A stretch of DNA of 63,989 bases, counting the filler, from Diploschistes diacapsis (lineage: Eukaryota), in the NCBI GenBank assembly GCA_023645945.1. It is 4 parts of 4 records of this genome, joined end to end, with 100 filler letters (N's around TTAATTAATTAA, not from the genome) between each part and the next. Parts side by side here need not be neighbours in the genome. Positions count along the whole stretch, not along the records: positions 1 to 16,691 come from JALAIB010000491.1; 3 more parts are not named here. One strand, given 5' to 3'. Shown piece after piece: positions 1 to 12,284 of this stretch. Under the pieces are notes generated by a model that made no database searches, was not told where the DNA came from, and saw only the letters and a program-made list of their open reading frames with translations. Made by a program: the position numbers and the translations under genes. Within the stretch, counting starts at the first letter, position 1, and each line of letters begins with the position of its first letter.

Positions 1-803
1 GGGTTGGGGCGAGGAGGCGTGCGGTATCAGAGTGTCTGGTGTGTGGGGGGAGAAGATTGACTACTCTTTTTGCTTGCTGAGATTCGTTCGGTGTGGTTTT
101 GGTTGGAACACTCGATGGTGTCTAGATACTCTGTGTCTCTACTTTCTCTTTCCTGGCTCTGTGCTCCAAGACAGGCAGCTCCATATCGGCCTTCACATCA
201 CCCAGCACTACCGTATATGCAAGGGCGTTCACAAGGCCTGAAGCCTCCCCTTGTAATATATATGCTGTACAATCCAGGGTTGCTAGGGAGAGCTTGGATG
301 GTGGAGCCTTAATTACTAGCGAGAGCGAGAGTGCTCAGCAGGGTCTCGAGTATCTCGAATGTCTTCGTGGCTATGCAAGGCACGAAGCAGCTGTCCGAAA
401 GACGTGGTGGTCTGGGAAAGTTGCACGGCAGGAACAGGAGCCATCCCATAGTCGGTGAACGCGTACACACTGCAACGTCAGTAGTTGATAGACTTGGCCG
501 TGGAGGGCCTGTCGTTTCCAATCAGAAATTCATGACGCGGCAATCACTCTCATTTGTCAGGAAAACTCTCGCTAAGATAGGCTCTTGTCATCGACTCCGA
601 ATTAGTGTCTTGCAGGTCTCGGCGTGTTTGCTAAGAAGGGATCAAAAAAGCGGAGGCTGCTGACTGAAGTATTTTTGGGGGCTTTTGTTCGGCCGCTAGT
701 AATGCCGCTAATGCCAGGTACAGAAACAGTCAACCTGAACTTGACGGGAAGCGGAGTGCAGCAATTGGACAGAAAGGCGAGCGTCAGGGTCCGTTTCGGG
801 TAT

Positions 804-864
804 GATACCAATACCGATACTGATAGCCGATACTGATACTGATACTGATACTGATACTGATATC
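804..864. repeat. (GATACT)n hexanucleotide microsatellite with degenerate flanking units
   Basis: Pure GATACT run at about 829-860, preceded by variant units GATACC/AATACC/GATAGCC. Confidence 0.9.
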
Positions 865-1652
865 GTGACCTGGTCGCAGATCCCCGAGTGCTTCTTGAAC
901 ATGAGGCACATCACCTAGGCACACTTAGCCTCGCATTCGCCTGCCTTCACGATACGAGAGCAGATTATCAAGCAGAATCGAGCACATGTGCTAAGTCTTT
1001 CCCAGCCGGTTGGCACTGACTGGCTGGGTCCTGGACTCCAAGTGAAAGGCCATGTCAGTAAAACCAGCATTCAGTCCCTATTGGTAGACTTGAAGCAGAT
1101 TCTCCAAATCCTTTGCCTCATTATTTACGAAGAAGATCAAGAGAGGAGCAAGCATGTTTAGGGAGCACCAGCCGATCCACTTGTTGCACAGCTTTTGTTA
1201 TCTTGACTGTTTCTTTTGAAGCATCAATACAATGTAGTGCAACGGTAGAACTCGCTTTGTTTGGTACTTCTATTGGCCAAGCTAAGAATAGGAGGTCACC
1301 GAGTCAAAAAGATCCGAAATTACAACGTTATTATGTATGGGTTCGAATACTCTGCCTGGCAGGCTGGGGCAACCACCACGACTAGGTAGACAAGGGTTTG
1401 CGCTTCTCCTTTCCTTCAAACAAACGCTTCGTCTCCGCGCTGAGTATCACCAATCCTCTGACCTTTAAGAACCCCTCATCCTTCCAAGTCAAGCTTTTTT
1501 TGATCTGCACCTCGTTCGTTTATCGGTCTTGCCAAGTCCTTCTAATTTACGCGTTTCCAACCTATTCAGTTATCTGCCAAGACGTTCTCAGTCTACCTTC
1601 ATCATCATTTAATCCTCTTCGACCTCATACCTCGAGATCCAAGTAATTCATA

Positions 1653-2453
1653 ATGAAGTTCTCTGCTGTTACTGTCGCCGTTGCGCTCGTCGCCGGCGCT
1701 TCCGCCGCTGGTCACCATGCCGATCACCACACCTCGGATTCCTCGTCCAACGTGACCTACACTACAGAAGTCGTGACTCAATTCACGACCTTCTGCCCTG
1801 GCGCCACCACCTTCTCGCACGGAAGCTCTACCTACACTGTCACCGCGGTAAGTCAAGCTTGATCGGTGTCGAAGAGCGCCACTCTAGGTCAGAATGGGAG
1901 GGCCTTCATATACGCAAACCAAGACGCCAGGAAGCAGTCCGCTAACGTTGTAACAGCCTACCACACTCACTATCACCAACTGCCCATGCACCATCACTAA
2001 GCCGGTACACTCCTCTGGCAGTACTTCTCGCCCGCCAACCGTCAGGTATGATAGATCCGCCAAGCGATCAACAAAACCTAGCTGACCTGTCACAGCAAAT
2101 CTGGTGCTCCCATCCCCATCATCAGCAGCAGCGCCGCTCCGGCAGCTCCTTCCGGCAGCGGCCACCATAGCCACACTGACAAGCTCACATCGTTCCCCGG
2201 CGGCTCTCAGCCTACTGGCAGCGCTCACCTCAGCCACCACTCCGGCAAGCCCACGTCGTCCCCCGTCGGCAGCACTGTGCCGTTCGGCAACGGTACCGCG
2301 CCAGGCGTTCCTTCCAAAACCATTGCTCCCTCCGGCAGCGTGGCCGCCACATCGAGCTCCGCCCCCTTCGCCACGGGTGCCGCGGACCGGAGCTTCGCCT
2401 CCTCTGGCGCAGGCTTTGCTGCCGTCCTCGGTCTGGCTGCTTACTTCCTGTAA
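1653..2453 (+). CDS. GPI-anchored Ser/Thr-rich cell wall protein (ccg-6/Sed1/Mmc-like), 3 exons
   Basis: Exons 1653-1847, 1957-2045, 2096-2453; introns GTAAGT..GCTAAC..CAG and GTATGA..GCTGAC..CAG. Signal peptide MKFSAVTVAVALVAGASA, motif YTTEVVTQFTTFCPGATTFSHG...PTTLTITNCPCTIT, and a GPI-type tail FATGAADRSFASSGAGFAAVLGLAAYFL*. Confidence 0.85.
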
Positions 2454-4194
2454 GCGCATCGTTTTGGCCTTGATGCGGTCATGAATCTGTGTACGACAAC
2501 GACAACGAAGCCGACCTGTACTCGTGCTGGCGTATCTAATGGGGGAAATAATTTGGACGGGCGTTTGGAAAAGGCTAGCACACCTGCTACTACTACCGTC
2601 TGTAATCATGCAATATTCTTGCAACAAAGCCGCCAGGGCGAGCCTCATGTCTGTCTATGTGGCATTATGAGGATTAGTATGGGTGCAAAAGCACGAGGAA
2701 GTCTGCTAGACTAGGAAACGAACTAAATTTAAAAGATCCCGAATACAGAGTGTCAACGTGACGTGTCCATCAAAGGGGGAAAACCTTTGTTGCTGATTCC
2801 ATGCTGAATATGAACATGGAGCGTGAAGTAGCGACTGACGAATCACAGCCGAGTCTTGGCGAAGAGGTTGCGGCCTTGCCGTTTGCAACTTTCCTCTCAC
2901 ACACACCCTGTTAACTGGAGCGAATGTTTTCTCGAACCCTTCAGCTCCCCCCGTTACGGGCCGGCAGTGTCCTTTGACTTCTTCTTCTTCGTGTGGTTGG
3001 TCAATTGGGCAAAAACCCTACACAAAGTCTCTCCACTGAGGAATTTGCAAAGTATCTCCAATTAAGTGTCTACTATAGCGCACACCTACCTCTCTGTATG
3101 TCTCTCACTGTTCATCGCAGAACCGGAACGGTTGTGTCAGTCAGGGGGTTGTTGGTCCTTTTTCGGTTACCAAGCCCGGGCCCAAGCTCAGGCGAAGGAT
3201 TCAAGAACACTTCGCTTAACCGGGGTCAGCCTGGGGGGGCTCCACTGCTGCTGCAGCAGCAGGCACCCCCCGGTCATCCGTGCCCCATCAGCCACCTGTC
3301 AGCGTCAGCAGTCAGCGTCAGCGGTCAGCGGTCGTCGGTCATCGGTCATACCCGTTGCATGTGTAATTGGATGATTAGGTAAGGGGGCAATCTCCGGGTT
3401 GGATAGTTTGATGGCCACTCGGGGAAGATCTAAAATCCACCTCTAGTAAAGGTCACTGGGATCACTTGGGTGCGGACTTCTCACAGCCCACGGGTCTACT
3501 GGAGCAAATGCGTCGCTGTCCAAGGTTGCCTGCTTCTAAGCTCTATAGCTATCTTTGCAGTGGGATGCAAACATCTGACCACTTGCAGTGATGCTAAGAC
3601 AGTTTTGGAGTCTCGCCGAGAATCTGCGCAGCAGCACCGTTCCCACCTTACGGCGCACGCATAGGGTTCCTCCGGGCTCCTCTTCATCTTAGAAGCTCTG
3701 CCGCTCGGACAAGGCGAACAGATACGAGTCGCCGATATCTGTTGGAGCAAAAGAGGTTACGGAGATATGCTCTTGGGTGGCATAGGAAGAGGGGAGCTCA
3801 GGGATACCGGCGAGTAAGGGCACTTGATGTCTGGCAGGCCGCGTGGGGGATCGGGGGCGATTGGATATGGAAGTTTTATTATATGCAGCAACCTCTTGTG
3901 AAGATTGGTGGCAATCGATTGAGATGTAAAATTAACTTGAAAAGTCCTTCACTTTTGCGGTCGGTACCTGGATCAGCGCCCTCCCATCAAAACGGGGTCC
4001 CCCCTTCCCAACTGCGCGTGTGGGGGGGAGTCGAATGATGACACGCTGGCTGCGGCCCATATCCGTACCTGGCAGATTTGTGGGAAAGTGAAAAGGGGGA
4101 ACAAGCGAAGGGATTTAGTTTGTCTCAGATACCGACGATGGCACGCATTGGCGAAATTTGCTAGTCAGGGGAACGAACTTTGTCCTTCTGCTTG

Positions 4195-4254
4195 TCGACG
4201 ATGATGACGACGACGACGATGATGACGACGACGACGATGACGATGACGATGACG
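4195..4254. repeat. (GAC/GAT)n compound trinucleotide microsatellite
   Basis: Mixed gacgatgatgacgacgac... run in intergenic DNA. Confidence 0.85.
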
Positions 4255-5259
4255 GTATTCTCTGCAACAACGCCTTTTCATGAATCTGAGATGCACTTTG
4301 ATCCGTTTCGTGAGTGCTTGTCTCTCTCTCTCCAACATGGCAAATTCAGATGCTACAAGCGTCTGCCCCTCTTTGAGGCTTGGCCGACCCCGACCTCGTT
4401 TGCATCCGAGCCTGCCAAAGGCCAGCCCAAGGCTGTTAGCTTTGTTTTGTACTGCCCCTATCTATCTATACACTACAACTATAACTTATATGAAGAGGTC
4501 ACTAATAATCAGGCACACAAGTCGCCACAATCTGCTGTAAAACATTACGAACCCGAAACGTTTTCTATCTCATTCAATCGAGGCTGGTAATCAACAGACA
4601 GTAGTACCCTTTTATCAAACGTCATCTGCCGTAAGTGCAGAGGTAATTTCTCGTCTATAAACAACCTGGGCCACTCAAGAAGCGAAACGTTATTGCTGGT
4701 TTTAGCTTTCCGTAAAGGAAATTGGTAGCCCTTTTTTTACGGCCAACCCACAATCCGATCATGGTGGGTATCCTGTGTCAGATTCGTATAAGCCAATTAG
4801 TTCGTTTCTCTCTAGCCGTCACCTATCTAGGCCCGTTGTTCTCCCGGATGTCGCCCTCCCACTGCCACCCACGTACCCTGTCTGGACGCTATGTTCAAAA
4901 CATGACTCTCCAAAACAGAGCCTCGCTCCTAGTTGAGGTACGGACATCATAGCCAGAACAGTTGTGATGGAAGCTACTAATTTTATCCCCATAAGGCTTC
5001 CTTCCGGTGTGGCATCCAATCCTCTCGAGACGAGACGAGGCTCTGTCACCGTCTCCGACAGCCTGCTCTCGCACCTTGTCATATAAAGACGAAGCTTTCC
5101 CGCTCCACAGCAAAATTTCCCATCCATCCAGCACGCCATCAGTCAATCGCTAAGGATTTCCTTCCTCTCTTCACCGTCACTCACTAAAACTTGATTGGGT
5201 TCTTCTCACTAATCTACTTTCACATCCATCATTTCTTAGGATCCACGCTCACCGTGAAA

Positions 5260-6096
5260 ATGAAGTACAGCATCATCACCGCCTCCCTCTTGGCCGCTAC
5301 GGCTTTTGCCCGCCCTCATGGCTCTGCCGTCTCGGAGCGTGCTGCTCGCCGCGCTGTTCAGGGCCGCAAGACTCACCCCTTGATCCCCGCCACCGGCACC
5401 ACTGACGCTCCCGCCAACGCCGCAAACACTACGAGCTACTCCACCAACTGGTCTGGCGCTGTTCTGACTGCTCCTCCCGCTGGTACCACCTTCGACAGCG
5501 TCTCTGCTCAGTTCACCGTCCCCTCCGTCGCTCCTCCCTCCTCTGCCTCTGGCGCGGGCTCCTGGTCCGCCGCCGCCTGGGTCGGCATCGACGGTGACAC
5601 CTATGGCAAGGCCATCCTCCAGGCCGGTATCGACTTCACTGCCACCCGCGCCTCGGGCGGCGGAGTTTCGCAGAGCTACCACGCTTGGTACGAGTGGTAC
5701 CCCGCCGTCTCCCACGACTTCAGCGGTATCACCATGAAGGCCGGCGATACCATCTCCGTCTCGTGCACCAGCTCCTCTCCCAGCCAGGGTGTCTGCAAGA
5801 TCGAGAACACCTCCAACGGCCAGACCGTCTCCAAGACGATGAGTGCACCCTCCGCCACCGCAACCCTCGGCGGAAAGAACGCCGAATGGATCGTCGAGGA
5901 CTTCGAGCAGGGCTCCTCGCTCGTTCCTCTCGCCCACTTCGGTGATGTCACCTTCAGCAACGCTCAGGCTTCTGCCGGCGGCCAAACCGTTGGCCTCAAC
6001 GGCGCCCAGATGATCGATATCCGCCAGAGCGGCAAGGTCGAGACTTCCGTTCAAATCCTGAGCGGCAGCTCCCTCAAGGTCTCCTCCCTCGACTAG
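5260..6096 (+). CDS. Secreted glutamic peptidase, family G1 (aspergillopepsin II/scytalidoglutamic peptidase, Peptidase_A4)
   Basis: ATG at 5260 with signal peptide MKYSIITASLLAATAFA; motifs YSTNWSGAVL, AWVGIDGDT, ILQAGID (catalytic Gln), AWYEWYP, NAEWIVEDF (catalytic Glu). Single coding exon. Confidence 0.95.
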   Translation: MKYSIITASLLAATAFARPHGSAVSERAARRAVQGRKTHPLIPATGTTDAPANAANTTSYSTNWSGAVLTAPPAGTTFDSVSAQFTVPSVAPPSSASGAGSWSAAAWVGIDGDTYGKAILQAGIDFTATRASGGGVSQSYHAWYEWYPAVSHDFSGITMKAGDTISVSCTSSSPSQGVCKIENTSNGQTVSKTMSAPSATATLGGKNAEWIVEDFEQGSSLVPLAHFGDVTFSNAQASAGGQTVGLNGAQMIDIRQSGKVETSVQILSGSSLKVSSLD

Positions 6097-7499
6097 AGTG
6101 TCGGCGCTCAGTTGGAGAGACTGGGTTGTTCTTATTGGGGTGGTAGAACGACGGTGATGACGGCAGCGGCATAGGGTGGGGTTGTTTGTTGGTCCTTTTC
6201 GGGACGCGAGGCGCATTCTCAACCGGGTGTGTTCATGCGATATTTCTGGTTCAACTAACTTTCGTGCTCATACTATTTTCCCCGTCGATGCTGCTTGGAT
6301 CCCTCTCTGTATATATTCACGACGACAGTTACATAATTTTGCGTGCATATAGACCGTTCTTTTCAATCCCCGAGTTTCCCCTTCTGCCTTGCTTGTGATG
6401 GTGAAAAGTAGATGCTTGTCCCTTCTGAAGTAGATCTCGGAGTCTTAGATGCAAATTGAGTATACCTTCCATTAGGGCACGGTGGCCTGCCATTGCAGTT
6501 TGAATTGCGTATCCCCCCGAACATCTCCCCAGTTTTCTCAAGACACTTTCCAAGTTCTACAGACCCGCTTCGAACGCCATCCTTATCCGCAAACCCAACG
6601 TAAAATATATCCATGAGAGCATCTCCCCCTCCGTTGTCGTCCGCGCCCGCAAAGCATCCCTCAGCCCGACGGCTCTGCGTGCCAAGATCAACCTCCCTTG
6701 GTGGTTAGCACCGCGATGTTCGATGCGCTGACATGGCTGGCTGAAAGGGGAGGTCGTGTACATGGAATAATGCTGCACATCATATACGCGTTTGCAACAG
6801 ATGTTCGAACCCGGAATAGAAGGAGGTAGGTAGGTGCGGAATCGGGGATATATATTTCCTGGCCCGCCCCCATGACCTCGGGATTTCTGTACGCTCTGTC
6901 GGGGAATTTGTTGATCATGATGAAAGCTATTTTACGTAGGCGGAATGAGAGAATCAAATGCACCAGACAACTGTCTTAGAGGGCCGGAATCGAAGTCAGA
7001 TGTTTTACTTTATCCCTGCACTTTTGAGGCGCTTTGAGGAAGTCGCGGCTTTTACCACGTGCCTCGCAGCTGTCACGCAACCCAGGCCATGAGGTTCCTC
7101 CTTCCCGAACCCATTTCTAGTTTCATGATTCTAAAGTTTTTGCTGCAGGCCACAACGATATAGGGAAGCCTGGATCTTCTCGATTTTCCATTCATGGCAT
7201 TCGGGCGACAGATGCCGAGGCCTGTGCAAAGACAGCAAACGTCATCCAAAGCACACCACTACGTGTAGAGCACTTTCCCCTACGGATCCCCTTTGTTCTT
7301 GCTGTGCGACCATCGTCCTTGACAACATGTCTCCAAGCAGGGGCATGGGGTACAAAATATGTCCACCTTCTCGGCTCGATCTTCGCTTCTATGATTCTCA
7401 CCTTCCTCATATCGACGCAGGCTGGGTGCTAAATACTGCAGCGTGAAGCTATCTTGCTGAGCCTTGAAAAGTTGATCGAAGCCTCTTCAGCTTCCCACA

Positions 7500-8546
7500 A
7501 TGGCATCTCCGTCACAGAGCCACTACAAGGACCGCATCATCCACCCAAGAGCTCTTCTTTTCGATGTAAGTCAAACCAACGCTCCCACATGCATCTACTA
7601 TCTCCCCGTCATCCGACCTGGGCTGCCAAGTCGAGCTTCATGTCTAGTATGGAAATTGCAATCCTGGACGGACGACGCTACCGTTGAGCCTGGTGGCCTG
7701 TAGAAGGACGATCCATGACTGACCTGTCTCAAGATCTTGGGCACTTGCCTCGATTGGCGCGGCCCAGTCTCGGCCTTCATGTCCCGTCAAGCTCATGTCA
7801 AACTCGTCACCCCAGAACTCGAAGTCCACCCCAGCGTCCGAAGGGCGGCCGAGAACATGTCTTGGGCCGCCTTCGTCGACGAATGGCGTCAGTCCTACTA
7901 TGGCTTCTGCTCGTCGTGCTCCTCAAAGACCATCGAACAGCTCGAAGAGGAATCTGGCTTCCCCACGGTGACCCAGCACATGCTCACGTCATTGGAGACG
8001 TTGCTGGTCAAGCACAACGTGCGCGCCCTCTTCAACGACCATGACGTTCCCATCATGGCCCGCAGCTGGCGAATGCTCGTGCCGTGGCCTGACGCGGTAA
8101 CGGGCATGCTGAAGCTGCACGACGAGTGCGGAATGGAGATTGCGAGCCTCTCAAACGCCGACGAGTCAATGATGAAAGAGCTGGCTATTAACACGGGCCT
8201 GCCACTGCAGCACCTTTTCACGGCCGAGAGTCTCGGGGCTTATAAACCGAACCCAGCGGCCTACCTGGGCGCCGTCGAGACGCTGGGCCTGAAAGCGGAG
8301 GAGGTAGCACTCGTCGCGGCACATCTGGCGGATCTGGAGGCGGCGAATAAATGCGGGCTGAAAACCATCTATGTGGAAAGAGGCGGGGAGGAGCAGTGGG
8401 AAGCCAAGAAGGTGCAGAAGGCAAAAGACGAGGGGTGGGTCGATATCTGGGTCAGTAGCGAAGATGGTGGAGAAAGGGGAGGCTTTTTGGAGCTGTGGAG
8501 GAGGATGGCGGCGATCACTCCTGGCGTTGCGGCGAAGGCTGCTTAG
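7500..8546 (+). CDS. Haloacid dehalogenase type II (HAD superfamily hydrolase), 2 exons
   Basis: Exon 1 7500-7565, intron GTAAGT..ACTGAC..AAG 7566-7733, exon 2 7734-8546. Splicing restores motif I LLFD|ILGTCLDW; also LSNA, YKPNP and LVAAHLADLEAA motifs. Confidence 0.9.
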
Positions 8547-9246
8547 GTGGCATGGACGGCCTTGAAGCATGGGGAACCTGGGAGCGGACGGCACAGAGAA
8601 AAGGGGACGAGAATTGCATTATGAGGAAGCATGGGTTTCTGGTAACATACCTCTGAGCTAAATTGCTCGTATGGACCCTCGCTGGCGGGAGTATTGATGG
8701 ACGCTCCGCTCAAAAGGCTGCTTGCATTTTTGGAGGCCACGATCACCAATATAGCTTTCGTTGAAGGAAGGTTCAGAAGACACATAGGTAGCTTGTTTAG
8801 CTATGAACATGGTTCTCTCTCAACATTATTGTCAAAATATTTTCCAAAAAAGCATATAGCACAAAGCGACAAAGGAAGAAGCCAAGCGACGAGAGCTGCG
8901 ATATCAAGAATAGCTTTCGCACAACCCCCCGTTCATATACCTCGTGGGGATCACCATTCTTCCCCGCGGGGGGGGGATTTTTCTGCTTTCGAGAGAGAGG
9001 TTGCTCTGGGAAGCTTGAAAGCCTTGTTATGTTTGGAAGATTATCGATTACCCTGGAGATAGATAATAACCGAATAATAATAATAATCGAATAGTAAACC
9101 GATTACTTCCCCTAGAACTATATGGTTTTTTTGTATGCGATGCCGATGCCGAGAGCCCCCCCCCCGGCGGAGGAGGAGTTTTAAGTGTTTTTGCACAACC
9201 AACTAGCTTTTCTACCGAGGCCCCCGATCGGACCCCCTTTACAGTG

Positions 9247-9286
<40 letters not shown>

Positions 9287-9291
9287 GCTGC
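9247..9291. repeat. (TAC)n microsatellite ending in TGC units
   Basis: About 13 perfect TAC units. Confidence 0.9.
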
Positions 9292-10371
9292 AGGTACGGG
9301 GAAGAAAAGCAACGAAACGGACCGGCACGCGGATGGGACGTGTTAGTGGTGCACTTACGGGGTTGTTGGGGTATTTGTACTTTTTTGTAGGCCGGGCTAT
9401 CTTTCGCTGTGGCGGTGGTACCTCGGCTATGAGACAGGGCGAAACTGTGCTGCTCTCTACGTTGTTGACGATTTTTGTTTTTATCACGGATATCTCTTTC
9501 GGAGCTGCTGAATCGTCCAGGGCATATCTTTCTTGATATGAGGACCAAGAGGCTTGATTCTTCTTCTTCTTGTTCTTGTTCTTGTTCTTTTAAGTTGCTG
9601 TTCTATTAGCGAGAGCTCTCGATTGATTCGCTCGTACTGAGTAAGTTGGTCTACTACTACTGGATGTCTTGCGTTCTCTCACTTTTTTTTGGGACGTTAG
9701 TTATCGGCATGTGCGTGTGCAGCAAAGGCTAAAAAAATAAAGCGAGCACGGGAAAAAAAGGCGGTGGAAGTTGGGAAGGTCAGACCAAGTGCCAGCTCTG
9801 CAGGTCAGCGAAGCAGATGCTTGGCAATTAATGTACTCAATTAATGTACTGTACGCTGTACGCAATAATAGAAAACCCAGTTGTATCCGCTGCAATAACA
9901 ACTCGGGCTTCGCTGCAGCAGTAGCAAGCTGGTAATAGGCTCTACGGGATTCTTCCCTGGCTTCTGGGTACATGGTGCATGCTGCATGGAATGTGCGGTG
10001 CAGCTGTTCAATATTCGCTGCAGGAATAATTCGTCGTACATAGGCACGAATAAAGTGCAGAGTGCAGCGGGAAGTGGGGATTACGTGGTGGTTGTGGGAT
10101 GCTGCTGGGGAACAACAAGCTCCCGACGATGATGATTCGTATCGGGTACTGGTTTAGACTATCACATCAGGGTATTAGAGTTAATATCCATAACCTCGGA
10201 CTGCAGTTAACCCTTTTCTCACGCCTTGTCTGATCCAGGAAGCTTTGACCGCTTTGACCGCTTTGAGGGGTTGCGGTCCAGTGCGGTGGAAAGGAAAGCT
10301 CCAGCAACTGACAGCTGTGCGGTTGCGGCACGGATGGAGGGGGACGTGGGTACAGAGTAGGAAGACTGGGA

Positions 10372-10406
<35 letters not shown>

Positions 10407-10408
10407 GA
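10372..10408. repeat. (GA)n microsatellite
   Basis: GA run with one interruption. Confidence 0.9.
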
Positions 10409-12284
10409 TACAGCAAGTCCTCCTCTTCTTCTCTTGTAGTCTCAGCGCTAGTACCCCCAGAATAAAGGGTTAGCGCCGAGTTAGTGAGCGCCACACAAGC
10501 AGGGGCGTTTTGCCCTACCCAAAAAAACTCAACGCATTATCCTCTTATTAAAGGATTCAGGATCCAGGACATGTCGACCGTTTTTTTTTTTAAATAAAAT
10601 ATAGCGCCACAGCGCCACGGCTAATCAGCGCTAACTACAATTCTGTGGAGTACAAGTCATCCTGAAACAACTACCTCTACTTCTGCCAATGTTTTTGTAC
10701 AGAGGATCTGAGCTTTCACTGGTGAACACCGTGCGTGAATAAAGAGCGTCTACACTGAATCAATAATACAAACAACTTGGTTAAATCGCCAGTATGATTG
10801 TACAAGAAAACCAAAAAAAAAGACCCAGCTCGAAGGAGTAGAAGGCTAGGCTTGCCGGACCTATGAGCCGAACGCTATGGCTCGGGCTTGTATCTTGTCT
10901 CTCTAATTTACTTTGATGGGAAAATTCGGTCAACTTGATTGGGCCCCCGGAGCTTCAAATGGGGCAGCAAAGCATTCCTAGTGCTGCTTTTTCCGTACAA
11001 GTACATCCGTAGTGGAAGAAGCTCTCAGCCACTCAGTCATTAACCATTATTACCACCCGCCAGTCAAGCCCAGTCAAAGCCCAACGTCTTCTCCTTCTTT
11101 GGGCCCAACGCAGCGCACCAGCGCAACCTCAAACCTCCCACCCATCACAGACTGCCCGTTGACATTTTCGTGATGGATGGATCACTTACCTTCCCCCTGG
11201 GCCCCTGGCATCCCATCCCCTTTTCGACACCACTGCAGCTGGTTCAAGCCGTACCTTGTCTTGGCTTCGACTGCATGTCGAACAGCTTCGACCTTGTTCG
11301 TTGTTGTTGTTGTTTTTGTTGTCTGTTGTCGTATATCCTACAGTTGATTACTTGATTGGCGTGCAATCTGTCTATACAGGGTTCAAGTTCCACTTCAAAC
11401 GCTCCTTCCAAAGACTGGTCCGTCGTCGACTTGGTTCTCTTTGCTAGCTTTCATACGGCATAGTCTGCTACCGTTAACAAATTTCCTGGATTAGAGGCTC
11501 AGTGAGAGTTTCACACTTTCTTCTTTCCATTTGACACTTCATTGGGGATCTCGAAGTCCACTTGACCTCTGATTTATCTTTGCAAGCGCTTTTACTATCC
11601 TTTTCCGAACACATCTGAGATACATTGCTTGATCATTGCTGGCGCCATCCGATCTCCTCTTGTCTTTAATTCTCACTCTCGTCTCCGTTGACCGTGACAC
11701 CGAGCCATCTTCGCCTGATATATCCCATCTTCTGACGCAGTTGACCGCTCTCCTTACGAGACGGACCTTTCAGTATACTACCTTTTTGCATCAGACTGTT
11801 GGAAGAATCCACACCAACCCCACTCCCCATCTCAGACACAGGTCTCGGCTGTGCTTGACTCCGCAACTGCTGAGATCCTCAACCTCAAGCGCCAACGTTG
11901 CAAGCTTCGACCCTCCTCACCAGCTACGCGTGCGCCCCCTCTGGCTACACTGCCTCGTTGAGGAAAGAAGGCTGCTCCGAAAGAGTAGTACGTCTCACAC
12001 GTGCTCAATCCTCGAGGCTGTCCAACATTCAATCCTTTTTGAACGGCGTTTCCTATACTAACGTAGCACATGGTCAGGGCTGTGGATCATCAAACGCCTC
12101 TCAGCTCCCGCACTCGGCCCTAAGCTTTCTCGACTCGTCGTTTTTGACTCATCCATGGGCATACGATCCGTGACGCGGTGAAAGGATAGCTTGGTGGAGG
12201 GGAGTTGGCTGGTGTTGCTCAAATTTCCACAGAACCGAGACACTCGGGTCGTACGACGGGGGCTTCGTCTCCCCACACGGAACG

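Noticed and set aside
1..1640. Short ORFs at the window start, and in 2.5-5.1 kb and 8.6-12.2 kb
   Set aside because: No codon bias, motifs or coherent exon structure; treated as intergenic/UTR.
10128..10233. ATGATGA...CTGA spaced like a box C/D snoRNA
   Set aside because: No terminal stem and no recognisable rRNA-complementary guide; such short motifs are expected by chance.
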